Part shown: positions 51,042-64,000 of the stretch, in pieces
Layout of the letters: every line of letters begins with the position of its first letter
How positions within the stretch are numbered: position 1 is the stretch's first letter
NCBI GenBank assembly: GCA_024679065.1
Contig: JAGIQG010000014.1
Location: 4,340,001-4,404,000 of the forward strand
Source: Sphyrna mokarran
Lineage: Eukaryota
Direction: 5' to 3'
Length of the DNA stretch: 64,000 nucleotides
Made by a program: the position numbers and the translations under genes
Notes under the pieces: model-generated
Seen by the model: the letters and a program-made list of their open reading frames with translations, nothing else
What the model was told of the DNA's origin: nothing
Database searches by the model: none

Positions 51042-53353
51042 AGAATTTCCTTCACCAGGACCAAAACGTTGTTGCCGAATGTAGACTTCCATTGCTCCAT
51101 GATTGTCCTTTGCAGCACGTGTGTTCTGCAGTATGGCTAACCAGAATTATCTCAAAACTGAGCGTCACTGGAGGTGCTAAGATGTAATGTTTTACAGGTT
51201 GACAATAAAACGCACGTGTATGACACGAAAGCTCCCTCCTGCGCATAGGCGAGTTAAACGAGATTTATCTATTTACTCAGTGACAGCCACTCTGCTTTTT
51301 ATTCCTCACTCCTTGAAATAAAAAGTACATCACGTTTGCAATGGAATTTGAGTATTTTATTTCTACACGACTATTTTTGTTTCTATGTTACTCGGCTAGT
51401 CTCCAATAGATCACTGACCATCTACTCAGAACGTCCATAGGTCTGAAATGGGTAGTTTCCTCTCCTGAACATCATGTGCCACCATTTTGTGCACTGACTT
51501 CAACCTGCAGTGGTTCTTTGCAATTTTATGCTCCCATCGACATTTTCTACTAGGCCACCAAAGCGGTTTAATGCATCATTTTAGACTTGAGGTTCCTGTT
51601 TATTTGCTTCACGTACAGTGAAAAAAGTGCACCCAGTACATATCGTTCAGTTAAACTCTGCATATCGCTGCAATAAAGCTCCCAGTTTGAGTGTGTGTCC
51701 ATTATCCCTACATTTTCTCTACGACATATCACCCAATGTCTTTCTGAAAACAAATAGGTTCGTTCGAACTGGGTGTGCTTTCCCTCTAGTTCCCAATCAA
51801 ACATTTTCCGATGTCCCCGACAACTTTTGAATTGAAGATAAGGAAATTGTTTGGACACACTTCTTTCCAAGTGGAACTTTTCTTAAAAGTTTCAAGGTGT
51901 TTTTTTCAATCCAACTTACCAGTAATTAATCCATGATGGGATCTTCAGATGATGTCTGTACGTTCGAGGCAGAATGTACATAAGGAACTAAAGGTCTGAG
52001 CATTGGAAAACTATTGAAGAAATGTTTGGCACTAAAAGCGTGTGAACTCCCAGGAACTTATTAATTAACATCTGCAAATACTGAAAATAGGACACTACTG
52101 TGAAGGAAAGGCATATAGGGAATTACAGGATCACTTAGACAGAAATTGACAGTTGGGTAAGCGTGAGAGGAGGAATTAAGGTAGTTTCTTACACTTTAAC
52201 AGAATAACTGCATTTACATTAAAACAATATCTGCACTTCCTCTTTCATGGAGCCACACAAAACCAAACACGTAATATTAGCCTCGTTGTGATCCATTAAA
52301 GAATTGAAGTGATAGGTGAACATAGAAAGGACAGAGCTTCAACCTGTACAATAGAGTTCAAAAGAACACTTAGTGGGCAACCAGCCCACCGCGAACATAG
52401 AATAAACAATGTGAAAAGTGCAAGTGAACGCCTGTTTCACTTGAAAGATGGAAGAGATGGTTACACCTCTTGGCGAACATAGTCGATATTTCCCGGTTAA
52501 CGGCACAACTCACTGTGGTCTTCACCCTTTCTTTGGCAAATCAACTTTGAAACATGCCTCTTGTATTTTGGCAAGGTTGTGGCCATCTGCTTAAATAAAA
52601 GCTGCATCACGTTATTATATAGAAGGCGTGTTCAGTATGAAGACGAAACTCCCGCATCCGAATCATTCAGATAGCAAGTTCTGCCTTATTAACAGTTTTG
52701 TCTAAAAACATTTGAATTTTGCTGTAAATCTATGTAAGATACATACCTCTTTTTACGGCCCTTTTCACCATCGCTCCAATGTTGCCTTTCTACTTCAGAC
52801 ATGAAGTTACCATGGAAACTAATTTTCATCCGAAAAGCCCCTACAATGACGAGATTATCTCCCTTGCTGATGTTGATTAAGAATATGCTCTGACACGATG
52901 GCTAATTCCTCATCTCCTTTGGAAACAGAATCTTGGCAGCATACAATAAATCTCTTCTGAGTGAGTTACAATTGTAATACTCTGCCAGTAGAGGGAGTAT
53001 CCACTTGTCAAATAAACTCTTTGAAACAACAACGAAATAAACTAAAGTTTCAAAATAAAAGAACGAGACTGCAAAGTTCAAACTGTCTATGAAATGTGAC
53101 AATCAAATGAGGGTTGAAAACTTGTGTCATTAAAATGAAGTGACAATGAAATTCCTGCCGTATCGTTAAATCTCAAAGAACTTTGTGGAGTGCATAGTGA
53201 TAAGAAATTAGATAATCTTGAATGACAACTTACGAAACTAGGTCAAAATAACTCGCAGATCAATAAAGGAGCGGGACTTACAATTTCTGAGAGAGAAAAG
53301 GATGACTTCTGTGCTGCGACATGAATAGAGATTTTGTTCAAGTTTGAAAGCAG

Positions 53354-53419
53354 CGCCCGAACAGGGAGTTGAATCCTGTATCCTCAGATGAAAAAAAATA
53401 TCGATTGAGTTATGCAATT
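53354..53419 (-). pseudogene. Decayed tRNA-Lys copy
   Basis: CGCCCGAACAGGGAGTTGAATCCTG...CTCAGATG...GATTGAGTTAT; counterpart of 19679-19757. Confidence 0.75.
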
Positions 53420-53851
53420 TCCGACTCGAACAGTGATACAGCGAACTTCACTGGTTGCTTTCCAATAATACATGAACTAGTGGCGGCTGATTTATCTGTT
53501 AGCACTTTCCTATTATTTGGCTATTTGGTTACAGTGAATCTTGAGCTGAGGCTCTTCAAATTTTGCCATTGCGTTTTGTAAGACTGCCTGTTTGGAAGAA
53601 TCAATTGTATTTCAGATTTCCCCAAACACATTTTTCGCACTGATCCACAGTGAGACTGGGTGGACAGCGATCTCGTTCTGTCTTTCTGGGTCTTATGAAG
53701 AGCAAAGTGAGGATTAATTTCTTTTTCACAGACAGTTCGTTGGAAATATATAACACATTAAAAATATTAAATTTATGAAGTAATATCAAAGAAGTACATC
53801 GTTTTCAAAAACGCATGCTAAACAATTGTGTTTAGGGTGGAAGAAAAGCAA

Positions 53852-53925
53852 CGCCCAAATAAGGAGTCGAACCCCGGAGACTCAGGTTAAAAGCCCTTAT
53901 GCGCTCCTGGCTGAGCCATCTGCCA
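53852..53925 (-). pseudogene. Decayed tRNA-Lys copy, present only in unit 2
   Basis: CGCCCAAATAAGGAGTCGAACCCC...CTCAGGTTAAAAG...CTGAGCCATC, followed by a T4 on the minus strand. Confidence 0.7.
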
Positions 53926-55669
53926 GATGTGTGATCTGTTCCAGCGTTGAACCAGCCACTCGTTTACAGTGAGTTGTCATTTGAAAGAGAGGACGCTGAG
54001 ATGTACATAGGACCCTAGGGACATGGGGTTCATCTCCATATAGTCCTGAAAGCAGCCAGTAAGGTAGATAAAATGGTTAGCTAGGCACATGGACTATCCT
54101 AATATATTAAACAAAGCGGAGGTTATGATGAAGGTTATGATGAAGCTGTATATAATGCTTGATGAGTTCCAGCTACATTATTCCATAGTCTACAGAATTC
54201 TGGCTTGACACTCTGTTTTGAGAGTGATTTCGCTGGAAGGGGTACAAAAGATATTGACCACGAAGTTGCCTCTATTGAGGAATTTCAGCTATGTAGATCG
54301 GTGAAGATGGTGCTGTTTAACTCAGAGGTGAAAAGTTTGAGAGTTGCTGATTTGTTCTTTGTCATGGAAAAGTGTGATGCCATCCACTTTGAGATTTAGA
54401 AAGATAAACTATTTGCCATTTTCATCTCAGAGTGCTGAGTATGTGATATATTTGGCAGAACAAGGTCCTCATTAAATCCTTCAATTTCGATCCTTATTCT
54501 GTCTTTCTTGTGCGAAGTCCAACAGTAATTCAGCCTTGCCTTCGTTTGTTAATGCACTTGTCCCATAAACGTTGTGCGACCTTTCTGCGCATTTCACTGA
54601 ATAACTTTTGAATTCGAAACTTTTGAACTGTGCGAGATCATGCTTTTTCTGAGGTCCAAAGCACGTAGGAATTTTACATAAATGGAAGAGCACATAGGAG
54701 TATTGACAGGCACAGCAATCTGGACGTGCATGTCCACGGATCACTGAAAGTGGCAACAAAGTGGATAAAGTAGACAAGAAGACATATGGCATGCTTGCAT
54801 TCATTGATCGAGGCATTGAGTTATAATTTAAAAAATGCATGCTATGCTGCTGCTGTACAGAACCTTAGTTAGGCCTCTTGCAGATTATAGTATGCAATTC
54901 TAATCGCTACACTACCAGAACAATTTGGATGCGTTGGGGAGGGTGCCGAAGATGTTCCCTATATCATTGCCTAGACTGGAGGGTTTTACATATGAGGAAA
55001 GTTTTGCTCTCACTGAAACAACGGAATTTGAGAGATGACCTGATGGAGATTTACAAATTATGAGTGACATGGACAGAGTGGATAGTCAAATGCTGTTACC
55101 TACGGTAGAAAAGTTAAGTACTAGGGAACATAGATTTAAGGTGCATAGGAAAAATTTTAGAGAAGATATGCAAGACTTTTCTTTTACACAGGCGATGTGA
55201 ACACACTGCACGGGAATGTGGTGGAAGGTATGAAGCGGTATTTACGTTGCAACTCGATGAATACACGAGTAGAATGGGAATGGAAGGATACGGACTCCAG
55301 AAGTGCATGCAGTTTTACTTTAACACTTAAAACGTACTTTAACATTAACTGAAAACTGACTTTAACTAAACATCATTTAATTGAAAATAGATACTATCGA
55401 GGTTATTTGATAATCTTTCTCTCGGTTAGAATGGAGTTCGATCGTTAATCTTAAAATAATCATCACGAATTCCTTGTGGATTTGGAATATCATTACTTTT
55501 GTTGAAGAGCACTTGGAACCTCATAGCAGACAAGGTTGAGAACCACCGGGTGCAAAATTGGATTGCAATGAATCTGCGTTTGAATGCCTGGAGCAAACGC
55601 AAAGTGACCAGTGGCTCACTTGACACATGAAAGAGTGTGACTCGATTGAGAATGGAGGTTTAAAAGCAT

Positions 55670-55742
55670 CGCCCGAACAGGGACTTGAACCCTGGGCCCT
55701 CAGATTAAAAGTCTGATGCTCTGCCAACTGAGCTATCCGGGC
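55670..55742 (-). tRNA. trnak-uuu: tRNA-Lys(UUU), probably intact
   Basis: Same as 22403-22475 with two D-loop changes (CAGTTGGCAGAG); stems intact; T4 terminator. Confidence 0.9.
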
Positions 55743-57477
55743 TCTGGTGCTGAAGTTGCGGAGCGCCCTATACTGGCCTGTTTGAAGATAGCATGGTTGA
55801 AGTTTTGCATTCCTTCTCGCTATCGTTCAAAATCTTCAGATTGTTTCTATCACACAAGTATTCGCCATTGGGTTTGAGATAGTCACTGCCTTCCTCTCAA
55901 TTATACAGCACTCTCACTCAAACTTCATTGCCTCGCCAAAACTTGGTTGACGAATTATTGTCAGAAAACCCGAATCCTTCTAAAGAAAGCCAACTCCGAG
56001 CATTCATTTTTAAACATTGTTTTGTGTTGGCCATTATTCCTGTGAAGGTCGACGTGAGACAGTGATGCTGCAAGAATGTGGGGTGAAGGGTGGGGGTGCG
56101 GGCGGTCGTACAGGAATAGAATGATATAGAGAAATAAGTTTCAAACAGTAACTCATTGAAGTCCTTATTTATGCATTTGCTCCGGAAACATCACTGTAAC
56201 ATAATAAACGGACCCTAATTTACTCCAAAATTTGAGACAGCTACCTGATTTACAGCAAACCAACGATATATTCAATAACTCATTTAATTAAAACAGACCA
56301 GTAGAGAATAAGTAAGGGATGTGTCCGCTTTGTAAACCCTTCTAAATGCAGAAAGTGGGAAATGAGCATCTCCGTTCAACATTTTTGTCTGTATTGCAGG
56401 GAACGAGAATTGCTCCGAAGGAAAGATTACCAAGTGAAAAAAATACTGGACCACAACTTCTTAATGATTCTGTTATCCAGTCTTGGGGAAGCAGGAACAA
56501 ATCTGAGTCCGTGGGCAGAACAGCAAACGAGAAAAATCTCATTTCGAAAACATGTTTTACATCACTGCAGTTCATGTGGTATAGTTATTCTTATAGTACT
56601 TTTGGGAAAGATGTTCCAGCAATTAAAACCAACAACAGTTTAGGAATGTTTGATATCGTTCAAAGTGAAGATGTAGATGTAGATGTAGGCGCAATGATTC
56701 CAAGAGCATGGCAAAACAGCACACCATAATAACTTCTTTTAGAAGACATTTTTGACATCGCCGCAGTTCATGCGGTGCAGCTACTCGTCTGTTACTTTGG
56801 GGAAGGAAGTTCCCGTACTTGAAGCCAACAAAGCGAGGGAATGGGTGATGTCGTTGAAAATTAAGATAAAGTCTTAACTTCCAATTTAAACATTTAGGTA
56901 GTGATGAAGGATTTAATTGCTCCGATAATTCAAATTTGTCAATGAAAATACTCTCAATCCAATCTTGAAAGCAAAGTTTTTACAAAGCATCGCAATGCCT
57001 GAAAAGTTTGAACATAAATTCAAATATATTTCATTCTGTGATATTTACATAATTCAAGTACCCATGGAACCAATTGCGTTATGTTAGAGATTTTTAATTG
57101 GGCAGAATAAAAAATATCTTAGAATAGCCACGCTGAAAGGCCTGGATGATATTCAGAATCTCATATTATCATTCAATATAACTTGAAACATCTGGAACGG
57201 AAAAATAGCTTACAATCAGAATCAGATTAGAATTTCACAAAGTTCCCGTTTAACAATCTTAATGCGATAACCATGAGTTCCTTGTGGATTGTGGGTCAGC
57301 ATTATTCACGCTGAGGAGAAATTCCAACGCGACAGCACACAACGCTGAGAACCAAATATTGCAGAAATAGATCGGAATAGATCCAGCTTTGAATGTCCGG
57401 GACAGAGACAAAGTCACCAGGACACTCACTCGACGCATGAAACAACGGATCGGTTGAGAATGGAAACCTGAAAACAA

Positions 57478-57528
57478 CATCCAAACAGGGACTTGAACCT
57501 GATGCTCGACCGACTGAGTTACCCAGGC
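57478..57528 (-). pseudogene. tRNA-Lys pseudogene with the same internal deletion as 24189-24239
   Basis: Identical deletion junction GAACC|TGATG. Confidence 0.8.
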
Positions 57529-58138
57529 GGTGCACAGTGCCCTTTACTGGCTGGTCCAAACATTGCCTCGCTGAAATTTTGCATTTCCCCCAGCAGTCTC
57601 CAATATTTTCAGATGATTTCTCTGACGCAGGCGTTCGCTTTGAGTTTCAGCCGGTCAGTGACTACCTCTCAATTACACAGCTCCCTCCCTCAAACCTCAC
57701 TGCTTCTCCAAACAGTTCACGAATGGTTGCCAAGAAACTCCAACGCTTCCAAAGAACACCAACTCCGAGCGTTCACTTTTCAACATTGTTCCGTCCAGAT
57801 CATTATTTCGTGTGAGGGTCGCGGTGAGATAGTGGTGTTGCAGGAACGTGGAGTTGGGGTGGAGATGGGGATAAGGGAACGGGATGTGGTATTAACTGAT
57901 TCACAGAAATACGTTTCAAATAGTAATCTCTCGAATTCTCATTAGTATCACACCACGCTAACCAAATGAGCGGACGCTAATTGTTTCCCAATATTTTAGC
58001 GAGCTGTCCGATTGAATTTGGAAAGTCATAAGATACAAGGCTGAGAAACAAGTGCATTGGAATAAGTACACGTTTGAAAAACCTGGACCGACACAAAATG
58101 ACCAGTGTCACCTAAAATAGTGTGACTCGACTGAGAAT

Positions 58139-58211
58139 TGCCCGCAAAGGGCCTTGAACCCAATACCCTCAGACTGAAAGTCTGATGCTCTGGCAACTGA
58201 GATATTCAGAC
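58139..58211 (-). pseudogene. Decayed tRNA-Lys copy (anticodon drifted to TTC)
   Basis: Counterpart of 24855-24927; acceptor and T-stem mismatches; D-loop GG lost. Confidence 0.75.
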
Positions 58212-58847
58212 TGGGTTTTATTGGTTCACCGTTCCTTATGCTGGCTGGTCCGAACATCGCATGGCTGATTTTTTGCATTCCCTCCAGCAGTCATCCAATA
58301 TCTTCACATTAATCTCCATCTGGAGATGACAAATACCTGCTTATTGTTCTCCAATTTTAGTCTCACAGATGGCAGAGACCGATCACGTCTGCTGTCCTGT
58401 TTGACTAGCACTGTTTATGAATTTAATTCAGGAACTTCACCTGATGGAAAGATGAGATGGGGCTTCACTAAGCATTGGAACTGCCGGTAAGGCCAAATAC
58501 ACACTACATTTGCTCTTGTTTCTGTTGTTCTACAGATGCGAATCAGAGAAACATCCACATTATATTAACCTCCGAGTGTCAACAGTACCGATTGACGAAG
58601 AGAATTCAGTCTTCCTGTGCGCTTAAATGGGCATCAAATTTGAATGTTGTCGCCTTTCTTCTCGTGAGTGCACAAACAGGAACTCTGTTCTGATGGAGCT
58701 GTTTATAGTGATATTTCACCTTGGCAGATGGATCTGTGCTAATCGATCGCCTTTTTTTTTTACAGGAAAGTTGCCGTAGATCCTTAACACTTTTGTGAAA
58801 ATCGAGTGCAGCTACTGAAACTGGCCGGAGATGTGTTTTTTTTTGGG

Positions 58848-61800
58848 AGGACTCAAACTCAGCCTATGTTCGGAGAGCTGGAGAATGCAGACTTTCATTG
58901 TTTTATTGCCAAGTGACTAAAGGAAGATAAAATCAATCCTAACTATGAGCTGAACCCCACAGTTTAACCATCAGAGACAGAACTACCCGAGATTCCACTG
59001 TTGGTCTTTACCCGGCGCTCTGTAGCATCTCAGAACAGATTCTCCACTCATCCATTCATCTCAATTATTGCCTCTATCGATCATTTCCATTACTGGCAGA
59101 CCTACTGCCTCCCTTTGATTATATCTTCATAAATCATGTTACACCCAACCAACTACTCGTCCCACCTGCTTAAATGGTGATGTAACAATTGGGGCTTCTT
59201 TCGTGTTTCTGTCCAATAGTCTATTGAAGTTAATATTAATTAGGAACAGATATGACTTTTGTATTGTGAAAAATCGAAAGAATTTTTCCTTGGTTGTGGG
59301 AGTGTTTGTTATTACCTTCCTAAATGTAAGCAAGCTACAGTCCGTGTAGTTGTGCTAAATATAATTTTGGATAGCAAACAAGCTTCACAGTCCAATTTGG
59401 TCACTGATGTGTTCTACATTTCACCTTCCCACGCTTTGGGTTTAGTCATATTAATTATTTATTTCTGTCATGTCGGAGCTGGGTTTCGGATTCCAATGTT
59501 ATTCCTTGGACCCCCAGGCAACACTTGAGCACGTGGGCTGAAAGGTAACAGTATGATTTTCTATTTGTTGGATTTCATTTACATACCAATCGTTAGCACC
59601 GCACTGCCTAATGTGAAAGCAACACCGTTAAAATTTGAAACACTCCTTAGGACAAGGGCTATAACGCACTGTTGAGGTTCCATCTCAAGCATTCGGGATT
59701 AATTCATAACCACGTTTAAACAATAAACGACCAACACATTCCATTCCAAAAAGGCGGAGAGGCGTATTCCAGGAACAGATGGAAGGAAAGAATTCACACA
59801 TGGAAGTAAAATTAGTTTATTTCAAACATATAAGCAAGTTGCCGTATTTTGTTTATGATGAGATAACATAATATTGCACTGAACAGCGAAAACAGACAAT
59901 ATTTTACCACATACTTTACGACATTTGTCATCACATATTTTACGAAATAATACTTTATCACATCTGTTTACCACGGACTTTTGTAACGCAGAATTCCTTA
60001 TTGCATACCTTGCCACATAATACTTCAACATATAAATTTAAGACATGATACCTGACTACATATTTTGTGAAGAATATTTTACCACATGATTTACTGCAGA
60101 GTACTGTAACAAGAGTAGAAAAGTAGTACAGTTATTATGTTCCATGGCAACATTACCAAGGGTAGGGATGATGGGGGCGGGGGTCTGTGTTGGGAGGGAG
60201 GGCAGCGGGTGGATGGAGGTGCGGATATGGATGAAATAAAACTAATCATAATGAAAGCTTATTGTTCTACATTGCATCCTCCATCTCACGACATCTGCAA
60301 ACACTTTAAAATTATTTAAGGTGATTAAACATGGACATGGTGTGGAATGAAGAGCAAAATGTGATAGACAGGAAATGGGAAATGAGGGAAAGAGGTTGGA
60401 AGGTGGTTTCAGCTAGACCTTGGGTGTGGTAAAATCCAAGAGAATTCTGACAGGTGGAATTAGCCAGCGGATTGATGGATTCCATCACCCAATTTTATTT
60501 ATTCTGTTTAACTTCCTTCTGAATTCATCAAGCACCAAGCACTCATGGGTTAACGCAATCCCACGGTAACTAAATATCTTCCTGGTGACTCTGCTGTTTT
60601 GCCAATGAAACCATTCTAGACCGGTGCCAGTGGAGTCATGTTGCTGCAGCTCGGACCCTGAAGTGTCTCTGTTTGAGTGGTGATCTCCTCAGCAGTGGAT
60701 GCATTATTGTTCTGCGAATTGATGTCAAAATATTGAATACACTTAAAATTAAAGTAACTGACATGAAACATAGCGATTTCCTTTCAATGTGAATACTTTT
60801 CTCAATAACTAATAATTCTGTGAAAACTTCATTGTTTCTTTTTGATATTGCAGTCTTTCAAAGAATTAGACACTATACTCCAAAATTATTAGAATCACTG
60901 CAGGCACCATTTTACTCCTGGGTCAAAAAATCAGATTCAGTAAATTTGTGAAGATTATGTAATGTCAGGTGCCCAGAAGAGGATGCAAACTTTGGTAACT
61001 GAATCGGAATGGAAGTTGACTAACTGTTCCACTTACTGAGAAAAAGCATTTTCATTGAGCGTATGGTAATAATAACAATGATATAATTTTCATGGTAGCT
61101 GATTGTGTCCGGAATTAAAGAGGGAATGTTTCTGAGCTGTTTAGCCAGAGACCTCAAAACATTTTTGACTCAAGATCACCACTTGTCCCCATGTGCCGTG
61201 TCTCTACTTCCATTCAGTTTGATCTTGTCCCTGAAGCAATTGAATTGCCAATTCCTGCTATTAAAAAGTTTCTGCTTCTGACACCTCACCTTATTTACTT
61301 ATTGTGCACGCATTGTCACATTGAAGGCGGAGTCATCCCCACTATAGATTCTCCCCACACATTTCTCAGAACCATGATAATTTTCATTCCTAGTTTCCTC
61401 TCCGAGCCCTGTGGAGACGATTTGTGTGAGCAGAATGTTGAATTGATTTGTTTTTGAAGCAAAACTTTCAAAATCCAGGCACTTCCTGAGAAACAAATTA
61501 GCTGAGTTTTTCACATAGCTGTTCCAAATGGTTTTAAAGCTCTGCCTGTTTGTTACCCACCAATCCGCTAGAGGGACTTATTGATCTCAAACGTGTAGCA
61601 TCTTAAATCCATTACTTAATTCAGCTCCGAAGCATAATTCTTCCAATCAGACTTTGGAACACTTTTAACAATCTTTTCGGCTTCACATTCTCTGCCCTCT
61701 CTATATCCCCAATACTGGTGTAGGGAAATATTTGAAGAATGCTATATGAAGAATTATGCACAGATATTCCAGAACAAAGAACAATACAGCACAAGAAACA

Positions 61801-64000
61801 GGCCCTTCAGCCGTCCAAGCCTGTTCCGCTCATTTTTCCAACTGGCCCATTCGTTTGCATCCCTCCATTCCCAGTTTGCTCATGTGACTACCCAGGTTAA
61901 TCTAAAACGATCGCAGCGCGTCCGCCTCCACTATATTTGACAGTGCATTCCAGGCCCCCGCCACTCTCTGTGTAAAAAACGTCCCTCTGATATCTGAGTT
62001 AAAGTTCGCCTCTTCCAGCGTGAGCCTGTGACCCCTCGTGATCGTCACCTCCGACCTGGGAAAAAAAGCTTCCCACTGTTCACCCTATCTATACCCTTCA
62101 TAATTTTATAAATTGCTATTAGGTCTCCCCTCATTCTCCGTCTTTCCAAGGAAGCAACGCCAGTTTAGCTAATCTCTCCTCATAGCTGAGACCCTCCATA
62201 CCAGGCAACATCGTGTTAACCTCCTCTGCACTCTTTCCAAAGTCTCCATATCCTTCTGGAAATATGGCGACCAGTACCGGACATGGTATTCTAAATGTTG
62301 CCTAACCAACGTTCTATACAGCTGTAACATCAGACTCCAGTTTTTATACTCTATGTCCCGTCCTGTGAAGGCAAGCATGCCATATGTCTTCTTCACCACT
62401 TTCTGAACCTGTGCTGCCATCTTCAAGGATCTGTGGACTTGCACACCCAGGTCCCTTTGCGTGTCTATACTCTTGATGATTTTGCCATTTATTGTATAAC
62501 TGCACCCCTCCCACCCACCCACACACACACACACACACATTAGTTCTACCAAAATTACATCACTTCGCATTTATCTGAATTAAATTCCACCTGCCACTTC
62601 TGCGCCCAATTTTTCAGCCTATCTATATCCTGCTGTATTGTCCGACAACTTGCTATCAGCAAGTCCAGCCATTTTTGTGTCATCTGCAAACTTACTGATC
62701 ACACCAGTTACACCTTCTTCCAAACCATTTATATATTTCCCTAATAGCAGACGTCCCAGTAAAGGGAACTGCAGAACACCACTGGTTACAGGCCACCAGC
62801 CGGAAAAAGACTCTTCGACTGCTATCCTCTATCTCCTGTGGCCAAACCAGTTCTCTGCTCAATTGGCCACCTCCCCTTGTATCCCATAAGATTTAACCTT
62901 TCCACCAACCTGCCATGAGGGACCTTGTCAAACGCCTTCCTAAAATTCATAGAGACGACATCACAGCTCTTGCCTCGTCAACAGATTTTGTCATCTCATC
63001 AAAAATAAACTCCACCAAATTTGTGAGGCATGACCTCCTTCTTACAGAACCATGCTGTCGGTCACGAATGAAATTATTCCGTTCGAAATGTGCATATATC
63101 CTATCTCTAAGAGTCCTCTCCAACAACTTTCCTACCACGGACGCCGGCCTATAATTACTCGGGTCATCCCTGCTCCCCTTCTTAAACAACGTACCACATT
63201 CGTTTTCCTCCAATCCTCTGATACCTCACTTGTGTCCAATGAAGAGACAAAGATTTCTTTCAAAGGCCCAACAATTTCACCTCTTATGTCCCTGAGCAGT
63301 CTAGGATAGATGCAATAGCCAACGAATAAAAAAATTAAAAGGCTTTTAGCCGACATATTTGATTTAACATTGTTCAACTTCATTCAGAAATCTTGGCAAT
63401 AAACGTCAATGTGGACAGCAAGGCTTCTCAACTCCAAACGTGTGCGTATTAGATTGACTGGTCAGTTACACCTACTTCCAAATCATTTATATATATATCA
63501 CAAATAGTAAAGGTCCTGGCACAGAGCTCTGTGGACCACGACTGGTGGTCCGACTTCCAGCTGGAAAAATACCTTTGCCTGCTACCCTCTGTCTTCTGCG
63601 GTCAAGCCAGTTCTCTACAATTTTGTCAGGGTGCTGAGCAAGCTAAATATATATACGATTACCGGAATGGGCCTGTTCGTGGTGTTCCAACAATCTTGGA
63701 ATGGATTGTTCTTGGTGCGGGATCAATTGGCTGAATTGGCTGGTTCTGAACTAGAGAGATTGTATGGTTCTGTTCCAGGTTTTTTTGAGTGACATGCACA
63801 TTCCAGAATGTTACAATTAGTTACACATTCTCTTTAAGCATTTTCACTGAAGGAACGCAGCAAAGCGCCTGAGACAGCACCCTTTAAACACACAGCCACG
63901 AACATCTATAAGGATCACGGAAATCTATAAGGACTAGAAACAGAATCATAGAAACACCTCCATCTGGACGTTTCCTTTCAGGACACTCAACATTCTAACT
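58848..64000. repeat. Segmental tandem unit 3 (partial; 3' flank only)
   Basis: Highly similar to 25998-31040, including shared CR1 insertions. Confidence 0.95.
61771..63320 (-). mobile_element. CR1 insertion orthologous to 28903-30378
   Basis: Same flanks; NYRPAS, RQHGSVRRRSCLTNL, LYRTLVRQHLEY. Confidence 0.92.

Larger units (their letters stand above)
25998..58847. repeat. Segmental tandem unit 2
   Basis: Anchor at 25998 matches 62 and 58848; longer than unit 1 mainly because of 45417-52110. Confidence 0.95.

Noticed and set aside
58139-58211. Possible anticodon-shifted tRNA (Lys body, Glu TTC anticodon)
   Set aside because: Acceptor and T-stem mismatches, broken D-loop/A box, no oligo-T terminator; a pseudogene

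Overview
Vertebrate genomic DNA, most likely a shark or ray (inferred from CR1 LINEs with an esterase ORF1, HE1/V-SINE-like SINEs and Penelope GIY-YIG remnants). The window is a head-to-tail segmental tandem array. Unit 1 runs from <1 to ~25997, unit 2 from ~25998 to 58847, and unit 3 from 58848 to >64000 (anchor AGGACTC[A/C]AACTCAGCC at 62, 25998 and 58848). Each complete unit carries two things. The first is a minus-strand, multi-exon, four-transmembrane gene that the ORF track misses. Its exon sizes, phase-0 introns and motifs match the MS4A (CD20/FceRI-beta) family, and both copies have open frames and canonical GT-AG sites. The second is an upstream cluster of tRNA-Lys(UUU) copies, one intact and 3-4 decayed per unit. 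The two MS4A-like paralogs differ mostly at non-synonymous sites and in their extracellular-loop cysteines. Comparing the units by eye also shows about ten 16-75 bp micro-inversions and a deletion-inversion-deletion rearrangement. All alignments and counts were done by hand and no database search was possible. TE family names, the first and last exons, and MS4A orthology are uncertain.
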